A DNA stretch of 24,000 bases from Erysipelotrichaceae bacterium (GTDB lineage: Bacteria; Bacillota_I; Bacilli_A; Erysipelotrichales; Coprobacillaceae): NCBI GenBank assembly GCA_017633115.1, contig JAGBPZ010000134.1, positions 4,852 through 28,851 on the forward strand, written 5' to 3'. The notes under the pieces are model-generated. The model worked only from the letters and a program-made list of their open reading frames with translations, was not told the DNA's origin and ran no database searches. Each line of letters starts with the position of its first letter. The stretch's first letter is position 1. Shown here one piece after another: positions 8,395 to 17,626 of this stretch. The position numbers were made by a program, and so were the translations under genes.

Positions 8395-10246
8395 TTTCTA
8401 TCTCCTCAATTAAGGCCATTAAATCATCCATGCTGACATGTTCTTCAACAATTTGCTCAGGTACTGTACCTTGGGCAATATAATGATTTTCAATGGCTAG
8501 ATTTTTTATGTTAACAACTTGTTGATGTTTGATATAGAAATCATTGATATAAGTACCTAGTGAACCATCAATGAGACTGCGTTCATAGACAATAATTGGC
8601 ATATGAGTAATACTCATTAACATGTCTTCATCTAATGGCTTTAAGAAACGGGCGTTAATTAAGTTAACTTTTAGATCATTGTCTTTAATTGTTTTAATGA
8701 TATCGTTTATCGCATCACCATAAGAAATAATCACTGATGTTGCTTCGTCAGTCTTATAAGCATAAACCCATTGACCAACTTCTAATGTTTCTTCTGTATG
8801 ATTAAGCGTTCGGCTAGTTATCTGATTAGAATAACGCATCACATATGGATGATCTTTAAGAGCGTAAGCGGTATTAATCATCATTTGCGCTTCGGTTTCA
8901 TTAGAAGGTTCCATGATGACAAGATTTGGAATCGGCATCATAAAACCGATATCAAAGACACCCTGATGTGTAGGGCCATCTTTACCAACAAGATCAGCAC
9001 GGTCGATTCCGATCAAACAAGGACAATCCATACGCGCAATATCATGGTTCAATTGGTCATAAGCGCGTTGTAGGAATGACGAATAGATTGAAAGGAATGG
9101 AAAAGCACCATTTAATGCTATTCCTGATGTCATAGTCATCGCATGTTCTTCAGCAATACCGACATCAAAGCAGCGCTTAGGATAAGCTAAAAAGATATCA
9201 TTCAGACAGCTCCCTGTTTTCATGGCTGGTGTGACAACACAAATATCTTTGTGATCTTGCATCATATATTTAATATGAGATGAAACAATCTGACTCCATG
9301 AAGCGTTATCTGGATCATACTTAGGTTGAATACCTTTTGTGATATCAAACGCATTAACTCCATGATAAAGACCTAAACGGTCATTTTCTGCCTGATCATA
9401 ACCTTTTCCTTTAGTTGTCATGACATGGATGACAGAACTATGTTCATGTCTCTGAGCGACCTTTAAAGCTCGTATGATTTCACTTATGTTATGTCCATCA
9501 ACAGGACCAATGTAGTCAAAGCCAAGCTGGCTGAACATTGTATCATTGTTCATGGCATTACGAATAGAATCTTTCATTCGCTTAGTTGCACGATAAACCT
9601 TCTTACCACGAGCTGTACGTATAAGCAAATCACGGTAAGTTGAACGTACATTTTCATAACCCTGAGAGACACGAATGTCATTAAGAAGATTATGCATTCC
9701 CCCAACATTATTGCCAATTGACATATTATTATCGTTTAAGATAATAATGACTTTAGTATTGAGTCCACCTAAATGGTTAAGTGCTTCAAATGACTCACCA
9801 GAAGCCATAGCAGCATCACCTACGACAGCAATGATTTCATAATGATCATTGTTCATATCTCTGGCAATGGCCATTCCTGTTGCTGCTGAAATAGCTGTTG
9901 ATGAATGTCCTGCTTCAAAACAGTCATATTCGCTTTCACAACGTTTCTGGAAGCCACTTAAACCATCTTTCTGACGTAATGTAGTAAAACGATCCGCTCT
10001 GCCGGTTAAAATCTTATGAACATAAGTTTGATGACCTACATCAAAGAGAAACTTATCCGCAGGGGCACCAAAAACATAATGCAATCCAATCGTTAATTCA
10101 ACAATGCCAAGATTTGAAGAAAAATGGCCACCTGTTTTTGAAACATTATCGATAATGAACTTGCGAATGTCAGCTGCGAGACTAGTGAGTTCTTTTTTAT
10201 TCAATTGTTTTAGAAAATCAGGATTTTTAATATCCATTAAATTCAT
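8378..10246 (-). CDS. dxs: 1-deoxy-D-xylulose-5-phosphate synthase
   Basis: 622 aa; 'GGHFSSNLGIVELTIGLHYVF', 'VGDAAMASGESFEALNHLG', 'DVGIAEEHAMTMTSGIA', 'DRADLVGKDGPTHQGVFDIGF'. Confidence 0.97.
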   Translation of the reverse strand: MNLMDIKNPDFLKQLNKKELTSLAADIRKFIIDNVSKTGGHFSSNLGIVELTIGLHYVFGAPADKFLFDVGHQTYVHKILTGRADRFTTLRQKDGLSGFQKRCESEYDCFEAGHSSTAISAATGMAIARDMNNDHYEIIAVVGDAAMASGESFEALNHLGGLNTKVIIILNDNNMSIGNNVGGMHNLLNDIRVSQGYENVRSTYRDLLIRTARGKKVYRATKRMKDSIRNAMNNDTMFSQLGFDYIGPVDGHNISEIIRALKVAQRHEHSSVIHVMTTKGKGYDQAENDRLGLYHGVNAFDITKGIQPKYDPDNASWSQIVSSHIKYMMQDHKDICVVTPAMKTGSCLNDIFLAYPKRCFDVGIAEEHAMTMTSGIALNGAFPFLSIYSSFLQRAYDQLNHDIARMDCPCLIGIDRADLVGKDGPTHQGVFDIGFMMPIPNLVIMEPSNETEAQMMINTAYALKDHPYVMRYSNQITSRTLNHTEETLEVGQWVYAYKTDEATSVIISYGDAINDIIKTIKDNDLKVNLINARFLKPLDEDMLMSITHMPIIVYERSLIDGSLGTYINDFYIKHQQVVNIKNLAIENHYIAQGTVPEQIVEEHVSMDDLMALIEEIESERTS

Positions 10247-11107
10247 TTAACTCACCCTTTTAATAATTTTATTGAGCATGTCGATCAATAAGCCGTGATT
10301 GATCGATAATGCATAAATGTCCTGAAGACATTCTTCATATAAGTCTTTTAGATAATCTTGTGCCTTTTCCAAACCCAAAAGGCTGACATAGGTTGTCTTA
10401 TTGTTGTCAATATCACTGCCAACAGGTTTACCCAAGACTTCTGTTGAACTGGTCACATCAAGGATATCGTCTTGAATCTGGAACGCAAGCCCCATATCAA
10501 AACCGAGTTTAGACAATTTGTCAATGTCTGTTGGACAGGCAATCATGCCTGCACACTCCAGACAAACGGCAATCATACATCCAGTTTTATGATGGTGTAT
10601 GTCTTTTAATTCATTAATAGAAGCATTATGGTTTTCATAATACATATCCTGCTGTTGACCATAGATCATACCAGAAGCACCTGATGCTTTAAATAATAAC
10701 TGACAAATTTTAACTTTTAATGAATCATCAAGATCCATTGTTAAAATAATATTCATTGCTTCATTTAGTAATGCATCTCCAGCTAATACAGCTGTGGCTT
10801 CATCAAATTGTTTATGACAAGTAGGTATACCACGACGTAAATCATCGTCATCCATGGCTGGTAAATCATCATGAATCAGAGAATAAGTATGGACCATTTC
10901 AATAGCACAGGCAATTTTTAAGTATGGTCGATAGTCGACACTATAACTGCGTAATCCTTGAATGAACAATAATGGACGTAATCTTTTACCTCCGGCAGAG
11001 ACACTATAAATCATGGCTTCTCTCACTTTGCCAGGTTTAAGTGTGTGTAGATAATCCATTAGGCATTCGTTGACTTCATTAATGTATTGATTCATATTAA
11101 CCCTCAT
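10247..11107 (-). CDS. ispA: Polyprenyl (farnesyl/geranyl) diphosphate synthase
   Basis: 286 aa; aspartate-rich motifs 'LIHDDLPAMDDDDLRRG' and 'QIQDDILD'. Confidence 0.95.
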   Translation of the reverse strand: MRVNMNQYINEVNECLMDYLHTLKPGKVREAMIYSVSAGGKRLRPLLFIQGLRSYSVDYRPYLKIACAIEMVHTYSLIHDDLPAMDDDDLRRGIPTCHKQFDEATAVLAGDALLNEAMNIILTMDLDDSLKVKICQLLFKASGASGMIYGQQQDMYYENHNASINELKDIHHHKTGCMIAVCLECAGMIACPTDIDKLSKLGFDMGLAFQIQDDILDVTSSTEVLGKPVGSDIDNNKTTYVSLLGLEKAQDYLKDLYEECLQDIYALSINHGLLIDMLNKIIKRVS

Positions 11108-11309
11108 AATCTTTCATTTGATTATCTTCATAAATCTTGACAACTTTTTCTTCGATTGACTTCAGTTTAGTGTCACAGTATTTCACGAGTTCTAAGCCTT
11201 CCTGGTAAAGATTTATCGAATCATCTAAAGAAGCATCATTGTTTTCTAAAATTTTTATGATCTCATCAAGACGTTTCATAGCCTGTTCGTATGTTAATTT
11301 TTGTTCCAT
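11097..11309 (-). CDS. xseB: Exodeoxyribonuclease VII small subunit
   Basis: 70 aa; 'TYEQAMKRLDEIIKILENNDASLDDSINLYQEGLELVKYC'; between xseA and ispA. Confidence 0.95.
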   Translation of the reverse strand: MEQKLTYEQAMKRLDEIIKILENNDASLDDSINLYQEGLELVKYCDTKLKSIEEKVVKIYEDNQMKDYEG

Positions 11310-11317
11310 ATTCTCAC

Positions 11318-12634
11318 CTACTTTATTGTTGCTTCATGCTGTCCATCACTAAACATGATTGTGATATCATCACCTTGTTTAAGTTCAGCTGACTGTTTGA
11401 CAACATGATCTTGATATTTGACAATACTATAGCCCTTAGTCAAAAGTTTAAGCGGATTGACTAAATCCAATTTTTCGACTGAGTGATTAAAGCTCTGTCG
11501 CTTTTGTTTAACGATCACTGATAGTGAACGATTAAGATTTTCGTTATATGTATTCAAATCTTTACTATTATTATCAACTATTTGTTTGATTGAGCGATTC
11601 AATTTGGCCTTAGCATCTAACAAATCATGTTGATGGATAGTTAAAAGATGAGTTCCGATAGCCGAAAATTTATCTTTTAATGCCGTTATACGAATGATTT
11701 CAGAACTGTATAACTGTTCTGGATTGGTAAGTATATAATGCTTTGCATATTGATTTAAGCGACTTCGTTCAAGCGAAATTTTCTGTTTCATGATACGGTT
11801 CAGTTGTAAAGACGCCTGATCAGTACGAGTTTGTAACTCTTTGATATTAGGAGTGGCTGCAACAGCGGCTCCTGTAGGCGTATTGGCACGATAATCACTG
11901 ACAAAGTCAACTAATGTCATATCCAGTTCATGTCCAACACCAGTGATGACTGGTGTATTCATCTCATAAATACATTTAACAAGTTCTTCTTCATTAAAGT
12001 TCCATAATTCCTCAATGGAACCTCCCCCACGTACCAAGAGGATCGTTGAAAAACCAATATGATCGATACCTTGAAGGGTTCGAATAATCACTTTATAAGC
12101 ATCTTTCCCTTGAACTGGAATTGGATAGATATAAACACGTGCCACAGGATATCGTTCTTTAAGTGTCCTTAATACGTCCTGTAATGCATCTCCCTGTCTT
12201 GCCGATAATACTGCTATATGTCTTGGGAATGCAGGAATCGGCTTTTTGTGTGCTTCATCAAAATAACCTTGTTCTGTCAGTTTCTTTTTAAGCATTTCAA
12301 ATTGATAGTAAAGATTCCCAATACCATCCTGTTGCATTTCACGCACTGTAATCTGATAGGAACCAGTCTTTTCATAAAGTGTGACATAACAGCGAATCAA
12401 CACTTTCATACCATCTTCTAATTTGAAATTCAGATTTTTGGCCGCATTGTTGAACATGATTGCGCGGATACTTGCTTTATCGTCTTTTAAAGTAAAGTAC
12501 ATATGACCACTTGGATGAGGTCTATAGTTTGAAACTTCACCTTTGAGATAAACATCCTGAAGTTCAATATCAGAAGAAATAATCTGTTTCACATAACGAT
12601 TCAGAGCGTAAACCGACATGTATTCTTGATTCAT
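11318..12634 (-). CDS. xseA: Exodeoxyribonuclease VII large subunit
   Basis: 438 aa; 'MSVYALNRYVKQIISSDIELQDVYLKGEVSNYRPHPSGHMYFTLKDD', 'ILVRGGGSIEELWNFNEEELVKCIYE', 'TPVITGVGHELDMTL'. Confidence 0.97.
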   Translation of the reverse strand: MNQEYMSVYALNRYVKQIISSDIELQDVYLKGEVSNYRPHPSGHMYFTLKDDKASIRAIMFNNAAKNLNFKLEDGMKVLIRCYVTLYEKTGSYQITVREMQQDGIGNLYYQFEMLKKKLTEQGYFDEAHKKPIPAFPRHIAVLSARQGDALQDVLRTLKERYPVARVYIYPIPVQGKDAYKVIIRTLQGIDHIGFSTILLVRGGGSIEELWNFNEEELVKCIYEMNTPVITGVGHELDMTLVDFVSDYRANTPTGAAVAATPNIKELQTRTDQASLQLNRIMKQKISLERSRLNQYAKHYILTNPEQLYSSEIIRITALKDKFSAIGTHLLTIHQHDLLDAKAKLNRSIKQIVDNNSKDLNTYNENLNRSLSVIVKQKRQSFNHSVEKLDLVNPLKLLTKGYSIVKYQDHVVKQSAELKQGDDITIMFSDGQHEATIK

Positions 12635-13051
12635 TTATTCTCCACGTGTGACCAGGTGTGAAAGAACACCATTGATATATCGATAATGATTTTCATCACA
12701 ATATTTTTTTGCGTTTTCAACTGCTTCGTTGATGATGACAGCAGGACTTAGTTCAGTTTCTAATAATTCTGCAGTAGCAATTAAGAGAATCGCCTGATCC
12801 ATTTGTCCTAAACGTTCAAAACGCCATCCAGTCTTTAAATATTTGCTGATAAGAGCAATATATGATTCTTCATTCGTTAATACGAAATCGACTAAACGGC
12901 GGGCAAATTTAAAACCAGATTGACCTTCGACAAGAATGCCATCATAACCAATATAAGTTAAGATATCATCGCGGTCAGAGCCGACTGTTAAATGTTGGTA
13001 AATACCAAAAGTGGCTTTTTCTCTGGCAATTGATCTAATTGATTGACTCAT
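12635..13051 (-). CDS. nusB: Transcription antitermination protein NusB
   Basis: 'MSQSIRSIAREKATFGIYQHLTVG', 'LDQMGQMDQAILLIATAEL'-like core, 'PAVIINEAVENAKKYCDENHYRYINGVL'; start trimmed to the ATG after GGAGGTCCTTTAAAA. Confidence 0.92.
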   Translation of the reverse strand: MSQSIRSIAREKATFGIYQHLTVGSDRDDILTYIGYDGILVEGQSGFKFARRLVDFVLTNEESYIALISKYLKTGWRFERLGQMDQAILLIATAELLETELSPAVIINEAVENAKKYCDENHYRYINGVLSHLVTRGE

Positions 13052-13125
13052 TTTTAAAGGACCTCCACTAACTAAAAAGTTATCTACATAATAGCACAAT
13101 AAGCTATAAAAAGAAATGACGACAA

Positions 13126-13152
13126 GAAAAAAAGCAGACGTAATGTCTGCTT
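13126..13152 (-). terminator. Intrinsic terminator between asp23-family gene and nusB
   Basis: Minus strand AAGCAGAC-ATTAC-GTCTGCTT followed by a T run; base of stem overlaps the stop codon at 13151-13153. Confidence 0.8.
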
Positions 13153-13498
13153 AAAATACGATTCCTTCAACATTGATATCGATAGATTTGACATCAACAT
13201 TAGTAATCTCTTTGATCTGATCAGCAAGCTTCTTTTGTAAGAACTTTGTTTCTGCTGAAATATTCGTGCCATATTTCATTTTCAAGTGAAGGGTAATATA
13301 AACTTCATTGTCTCTAATTGTACAGTTAACAAGATTTTTTGATCCTGACATAGAGAAGCCTTTAGATGTATCTAAAGAAACATTCTCTGCTTCTGTGACA
13401 ACACGCTTGATGATAATATCAAATACCTGGACGTTCATCATCAAATTACCATTAATTGGTGTACCTTCATAAGTATAATATTCAGTATTATGTGCCAT
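13151..13498 (-). CDS. Asp23/Gls24 family envelope stress response protein
   Basis: About 115 aa; position between efp and nusB is conserved in Firmicutes; 'MKYGTNISAETKFLQKKLADQIKEITNVDVKSIDINVEGIVF'. Confidence 0.85.
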   Translation of the reverse strand: MAHNTEYYTYEGTPINGNLMMNVQVFDIIIKRVVTEAENVSLDTSKGFSMSGSKNLVNCTIRDNEVYITLHLKMKYGTNISAETKFLQKKLADQIKEITNVDVKSIDINVEGIVF

Positions 13499-13571
13499 TT
13501 TAATCCTCACTCACTTTCTTATCTATATTGTATATAAATTTTGAGCTAATGACAAGAATATGCTTCAAGTT

Positions 13572-13593
13572 AAAAAAAGAGCGTTATGCTCTT
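13572..13593 (-). terminator. Intrinsic terminator of efp
   Basis: Minus strand AAGAGC-ATAAC-GCTCTT followed by a T run; efp stop codon lies in the hairpin loop. Confidence 0.8.
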
Positions 13594-14144
13594 CCCTGAT
13601 ATTTACCATCAGTCGTATTAACAACGACGATTTCACCTTCAGCGATGAATAGTGGAACTCTGATCTGATAACCAGTTTCGATTGTAGCAAACTTAGTTGC
13701 ACCAGTAGCTGTATCACCTTTAACTGCAGGTTCAGTTTCGATAATCTGGAATGAAACGTTTACTGGTAACTGTACGCCTAATACTTCACCTTCAAAGCTT
13801 GTGATTTCTACATTATCAGATGGTTTCATGAAGTTAATTTCCCACTGAAGACGATCACTTGGGATTTCGATTTGATCATAAGTATCATTGTCCATGAATA
13901 CTAACATACCAGCACCATCATCATAAAGATACTGCATCTTTTTCTTTTCGATATGAGCTCTCTGAACTTTTGCGTTACCACCAAAAGTGATTTCAGTAGT
14001 AGCACCAGTTCTTAAGTTTTTCATCTTAACTCTGATGTTAGCTGCAGCTCTTGCAGTTTTGTTATGAGAATAATCTAAACATACATAAAGGTTGCCATCA
14101 TACTGGAATGTCATACCTGGTCTTAAATCGCTAGCATTAATCAT
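13584..14144 (-). CDS. efp: Elongation factor P, with unusual tip loop
   Basis: 186 aa; 'MINASDLRPGMTFQYDGNLYVCLDYSHNKTARAAANIRVKMKNLRTG', 'TEPAVKGDTATGATKFATIETGYQIRVPLFI'. Confidence 0.97.
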   Translation of the reverse strand: MINASDLRPGMTFQYDGNLYVCLDYSHNKTARAAANIRVKMKNLRTGATTEITFGGNAKVQRAHIEKKKMQYLYDDGAGMLVFMDNDTYDQIEIPSDRLQWEINFMKPSDNVEITSFEGEVLGVQLPVNVSFQIIETEPAVKGDTATGATKFATIETGYQIRVPLFIAEGEIVVVNTTDGKYQGRA

Positions 14145-14176
14145 TGTTACATTCTCCTCTCTTAAATACCTATATG

Positions 14177-14205
14177 ATTATACATTTTTTTTGCTATGAT
14201 GTAAA
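14177..14205 (-). promoter_or_regulatory. Predicted sigma-A type promoter for efp
   Basis: Minus strand TTTACA, about 17 nt spacer, TATAAT, about 30 nt upstream of the efp ATG. Confidence 0.7.
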
Positions 14206-14333
14206 ACATTTTTTAAAACACGTCGATTGAATCAATAGAATTTGAATTTCGAAAATCATATAATTAAAACTTTTTTAAAAAAAGTAGAACAAAATGATGA
14301 AAAATCAGTCATATAAACTTAGGAGGTAAAATT

Positions 14334-15317
14334 ATGGACGATTTATTTGAATCACTGATTGATTATGCCATCAATCATGATGCCACAGATATCCATATGA
14401 CTCTTAAGCAACAACTTATTATCAATATGCGTATCTTTGGACAAGTCAAACATTATTTAGATTTTGATTATACGACAGGTTCAAGACTTCTTAATTATCT
14501 CAAATTCAAAAGCGCTATCAATATCAATTATAAGCTTATGCCGCAAACTGGTGCCTTTCATTTTCAACATAATGAACATACATACTTTTTACGCCTTTCC
14601 TTTCTCCCTGGTCAGGATTTTGAAAGTATTGTCATCCGTATTCTTAACAATCATCAATCTTTATCCATAGATGACCTATCCCCTATTAAGACATTTACCC
14701 GTTTTATTCGCCAAATTGCTTCATTGTCTTCTGGTTTGTTCCTGGTTTCAGGAGCAACTGGCTCAGGTAAATCAACAACACTTTATGCCATGATCGATTA
14801 TATTATTGCTCAAGGCGGGCGTCATATTGTCACACTAGAAGATCCTATTGAAATGGTCAAAGATGGATGCCTGCAAATAGAAATGAATGATGCGATGGGT
14901 ATCAGTTATGAAACAACCCTAAGACAAATTTTACGTCATGATCCAGACGTTATTATGATTGGTGAAATTCGTGATGAAAGAACCGCAGCACTTGCCATTA
15001 CCTGTGCTTTAACTGGACATTTGGTTTTATCAACAATTCACGCATCCAATACTCATCTTGTTATCAAACGTTTACTTAATTTAGGTGTTAAATCAACTGA
15101 CTTACAGGATGTATTAGTCGGCATCGCATCGCAAAAAATCATTTATGATCATAAGCAGCACAAAATCATTATTTTGCCTGAAATGATGATTAAAGAAACA
15201 ATCAATGCCATCTTATGTGAGGAAAAACCTAAAGTTGTCAATACATTTAGTATCAATGCCCGTTATCTGGTTGCTAAAGGTTATATCAGTCAGGCATTAG
15301 TTAAGGGGTTATTATGA
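14334..15317 (+). CDS. comGA: Competence type IV pilus / pseudopilus assembly ATPase ComGA
   Basis: 327 aa GspE-family: Walker A 'VSGATGSGKSTTLYAMI', 'TLEDPIEM', 'ILRHDPDVIMIGEIRDERTAALAITCALTGHLVLSTIHASN'; RBS AGGAGG. Confidence 0.95.
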   Translation: MDDLFESLIDYAINHDATDIHMTLKQQLIINMRIFGQVKHYLDFDYTTGSRLLNYLKFKSAININYKLMPQTGAFHFQHNEHTYFLRLSFLPGQDFESIVIRILNNHQSLSIDDLSPIKTFTRFIRQIASLSSGLFLVSGATGSGKSTTLYAMIDYIIAQGGRHIVTLEDPIEMVKDGCLQIEMNDAMGISYETTLRQILRHDPDVIMIGEIRDERTAALAITCALTGHLVLSTIHASNTHLVIKRLLNLGVKSTDLQDVLVGIASQKIIYDHKQHKIIILPEMMIKETINAILCEEKPKVVNTFSINARYLVAKGYISQALVKGLL

Positions 15318-16309
15318 AAGATACTCTGTTTTTAGAAAACTGTTATATTCTTCTTTCTCAAGGATATAGTGTTGAGGACACTCTACTGCTATGTGAAGAA
15401 ATCACCCATCATAAAGCATGTAGAGAGATTCTTAATAAAGTCTCTAATGGTCAGGATTTCTCACAAGCCTTACTAGAAGCGGATATTTCTCACTTATTTA
15501 AAGAATTTTATGGTTTCTTTGCACTTAAACTCAACCTATCAGAAGCTATTAAGAATGCCTTGTCAATCACCAAACTATTAGATGGTCATCGGCAAAGATT
15601 GATTAAAGAATTATCGTACCCTTTAATTCTTTTACTATTCATGTTGATTTTTTCTTTATTTTCAACCATCGTACTTTTCCCTCGAGTCAATCAATTGTTT
15701 TCATCTTTTGGAATTGAACTGTCGTTAGTGGTCAAGATTGCCTTCTTTTTTATCCGTATTATCCCTATTATCGTTATATTGATTAGTTTCATTATTATAG
15801 CCATATGTTTTTCAATCATGCGTGCACTGCATTATCACCAGTTTCAGTTGTTTGAACGTTATCTTCATATACCTGCAGCTAAATGGTGTATTCAAAAATA
15901 TTTCACCCTTAAGTTTTCGATTTATTTTAATGAACTGATCAAAGATGATCTTGATGCCAACGCCATTATTACTTTGCTTAATGAGAAAATGATGGATAGC
16001 GATTTAAAGATGATTGTTTATGAAATTTATCGCCTGATCATTGAAGGACATGCATTCATCGATATCTTGAAAGATTTTCCTTATATAGATCCAATGTTTA
16101 CTTCAATGTATATGATGTATATTAATCACCCTGACGAAATCAATGCTCTCGATAGCTATATCGATATTTGTTACAGTCAGATCAATCACTTGATAAATCG
16201 TATCATCAAGATCATTACTCCTTCTGTTTACGCTTTTGTTTCCGTGTCAGTTATTACAGTTTATTTAGGTATTATTTTACCGCTCATGAATATTATTAAT
16301 GATCTTTAG
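15314..16309 (+). CDS. comGB: Competence pseudopilus assembly membrane protein ComGB (GspF family)
   Basis: 331 aa; follows comGA with 4-nt ATGA overlap; GspF-like TM layout. Confidence 0.88.
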   Translation: MKDTLFLENCYILLSQGYSVEDTLLLCEEITHHKACREILNKVSNGQDFSQALLEADISHLFKEFYGFFALKLNLSEAIKNALSITKLLDGHRQRLIKELSYPLILLLFMLIFSLFSTIVLFPRVNQLFSSFGIELSLVVKIAFFFIRIIPIIVILISFIIIAICFSIMRALHYHQFQLFERYLHIPAAKWCIQKYFTLKFSIYFNELIKDDLDANAIITLLNEKMMDSDLKMIVYEIYRLIIEGHAFIDILKDFPYIDPMFTSMYMMYINHPDEINALDSYIDICYSQINHLINRIIKIITPSVYAFVSVSVITVYLGIILPLMNIINDL

Positions 16310-16320
16310 GAGGATTTTTT

Positions 16321-16629
16321 ATGAAACAAACACGCAATGGTTTTACTTTAGTAGAAATGGTTTTTTGTGTATCAGTCATACTCGTTATTTTGCTACTAGT
16401 TATTCCAAATGTCACATCTAAAAACAATATGATTAAAGATAAATCTTGTGATGCACAGATTGAAGTTGTCAACTCACAGATTATACTTTATCAAATTGAA
16501 ACTGGTGAACTGCCAACAAGTATTTCACAGCTGACATCTGGATCTAAACCTTATTTGACCAAGAAACAAAGCACGTGTCCAAACGGCAAAAAAATTGAGA
16601 TTAGTGATGGACAAGCCTATGCATCGTAA
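16321..16629 (+). CDS. comGC: Major competence pseudopilin ComGC
   Basis: Class III signal 'RNG-FTLVEMVFCVSVILVILLLVIP' after a strong RBS AGGAGG. Confidence 0.9.
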   Translation: MKQTRNGFTLVEMVFCVSVILVILLLVIPNVTSKNNMIKDKSCDAQIEVVNSQIILYQIETGELPTSISQLTSGSKPYLTKKQSTCPNGKKIEISDGQAYAS

Positions 16630-17014
16630 TGGTTTTACTCTTATTGAAATGGTCTTTGTCCTATCAATTACACTCATTATGTCTGGTTTTTCTTTTTTGT
16701 TTCACCCCATTCATATCAAGACGAAAAATGAAATAATGCTTGTTTGTCACTGCTTTGATTTAGCACATGCTCACGCGCTCACACAAAAGGAAAAAGTGAT
16801 AATCAAAGTTAATTCGCAATCGATTGATGTTACGAGTAGCCATTATCAAGATCACTTATCACTTGATCGCTCTTACAAGTTTTTAACGCCACATACTTTT
16901 ACTTACAATAAGAATGGTCATATTAAAGGTGCGAAAACGATTCAGTTAAAAACAAACGAAGGCAGTAAACGTTTTGTTTTTCAGGTTGGTTCAGGTATCT
17001 ATTATGTCACATAA
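16607..17014 (+). CDS. comGD: Competence pseudopilin ComGD
   Basis: Class III signal 'RNG-FTLIEMVFVLSITLIMSG'; third in pseudopilin series; start could instead be ATG at 16619. Confidence 0.82.
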   Translation: MDKPMHRNGFTLIEMVFVLSITLIMSGFSFLFHPIHIKTKNEIMLVCHCFDLAHAHALTQKEKVIIKVNSQSIDVTSSHYQDHLSLDRSYKFLTPHTFTYNKNGHIKGAKTIQLKTNEGSKRFVFQVGSGIYYVT

Positions 17015-17204
17015 AGGCGATACGTTAATAGAAGCACTATTTTCATTTAACCTTTATTTGACTGTCATCATCATTTTTATCATGTGCTTTTCAACTTTAA
17101 ACCGTGCTTCTTTACGTTTAGAAAACACAATTACAAAGTCGTACAGTTCGCAATACATCTATTCAGGAGATGAAATCAAATGGATCGAAAAGCTTTTACA
17201 TTAA
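17004..17204 (+). CDS. comGE: ComGE-like minor pseudopilin
   Basis: 'MSHKG-DTLIEALFSFNLYLTVIIIF' prepilin-like N-terminus; overlaps flanking ORFs. Confidence 0.65.
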   Translation: MSHKGDTLIEALFSFNLYLTVIIIFIMCFSTLNRASLRLENTITKSYSSQYIYSGDEIKWIEKLLH

Positions 17205-17626
17205 TAGAAACACTGTTAGCTTTAAGCATTACGCTCATGATTCTTCTTAATGCTTCTGCTATCATTCATGTATCGAATGTTAGTTATATGCAATACGATG
17301 AAGATATCAGTATTGGTGTTAAGCAATTATCGACTTACTTGATGACATCGCAAAATATCACTTTTGATGATCAGCTTGAATATGACTATAGTGATCATAA
17401 GCACTATACAATTTCAATTAATAATCATCGTTTAGTGAAAGAACCGGGATTTGAAATTTTGATGATGAATATTGACTCGATCAAGTATATTTCTAGGAAT
17501 GATTATCTTTATGCTGTAATCAAAAGAGATAATCACTCTTACCAGTTTCTCTTAACAGACTTATATCGTCTTGATACCAAATCAAGTGATGAAAGTGAGA
17601 AGCCCGAGAATGAAGAAACATCATAG
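17180..17626 (+). CDS. comGF: ComGF-like minor pseudopilin
   Basis: 'MDRKA-FTLIETLLALSITLMIL'; operon position. Confidence 0.78.
   Translation: MDRKAFTLIETLLALSITLMILLNASAIIHVSNVSYMQYDEDISIGVKQLSTYLMTSQNITFDDQLEYDYSDHKHYTISINNHRLVKEPGFEILMMNIDSIKYISRNDYLYAVIKRDNHSYQFLLTDLYRLDTKSSDESEKPENEETS

Noticed and set aside
13084-13272. 62-aa minus-strand ORF overlapping the asp23-family gene and its terminator
   Set aside because: Runs out of frame through asp23 and its terminator hairpin; poor composition.
14266-14280. ComK-box upstream of comGA
   Set aside because: AAAA and TTTT tracts are present but the AAAAN5TTTT spacing is not satisfied.
16595-16607. TTG start for comGD given by the ORF track
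   Set aside because: Downstream ATGs at 16607 or 16619 place the prepilin signal closer to the N-terminus, as in homologues.
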